A stretch of 4,474 bases of DNA from a virus (taxonomy: Duplodnaviria > Heunggongvirae > Uroviricota > Caudoviricetes): the IMG/VR virus record IMGVR_UViG_2740892268_000007. One strand, written 5' to 3'. Below, in pieces: positions 4,406 to 4,474 of the stretch. The position numbers and the translations under genes were made by a program. The notes beneath the pieces were generated by a model that did not search any database, was not told the DNA's origin, and was given only the letters and a program-made list of their open reading frames with translations. Position 1 is the stretch's first letter. Every line of letters starts with the position of its first letter.

Positions 4406-4474
4406 TCCTTCCTGAAATAGAATGGCATCAGAAGGAGCTAATAATGAGCAGAAAAACCCAACGTTACTCTAAAG
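4380..4474 (+). mobile_element. Probable IS3-family insertion sequence, left terminus and start of orfA (continues beyond window)
   Basis: Begins with 5'-TGAGGTAGCC (IS3-family elements characteristically begin 5'-TG). About 64 bp later there is AAGGAG, a 6-nt spacer and ATG (4444-4446) opening a plus-strand ORF MSRKTQRYSK..., which matches the N-terminal pattern of IS3-family OrfA proteins (basic stretch, then R-Y/F-S, usually followed by EFK). The orientation is divergent from, and abutting, the phage operon. Confidence 0.45.
4444..4474 (+). CDS. Partial CDS (first 10 codons): putative IS3-family transposase OrfA N-terminus
   Basis: ATG at 4444 with a near-ideal SD (AAGGAG, 6-nt spacer); reads MSRKTQRYSK and runs off the window. 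Identity inferred from 10 residues plus context only. Confidence 0.4.
   Translation, partial: MSRKTQRYSK

Noticed and set aside
1-4474. CRISPR arrays, long direct or tandem repeats, integrase or attachment sites
   Set aside because: No spacer-repeat periodicity or long repeats were seen by eye; the only tandem repeat is the 18-bp (TCTTCC)3, and the only mobile-element signature is the putative IS end at 4380.

Overview
This window reads as the early-right (replication / ren / nin-like) operon of a lambdoid enterobacterial prophage, with every credible gene on the minus strand (transcribed from high to low coordinates). From right to left it contains: the left end of a probable IS3-family insertion sequence (4380-4474, plus strand, running off the window), which appears to truncate a phage replication-initiator gene; the remaining body of that initiator, split across three reading frames by two single-base deficits in T/A homopolymers; a DnaC/IstB-like AAA+ helicase loader whose start is hidden in an N block; a Ren-like winged-helix protein; a small zinc-ribbon protein; a QueH (DUF208)-type epoxyqueuosine reductase homolog; an N-masked stretch framed like a small promoter-ORF-terminator cassette; a two-tier intrinsic terminator; and two small genes of unknown function. 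Two runs of N (980-1234, 255 nt; 3514-3792, 279 nt) hide sequence, so every ORF in the supplied track that spans them is unsupported. The two most notable observations are a prophage-borne, cobalamin-independent QueH in a moron-like position, and signs of prophage decay in the replication gene (IS insertion plus homopolymer frameshifts), which could alternatively be homopolymer sequencing errors. All protein-family calls are by eye and from memory; no searches were run.
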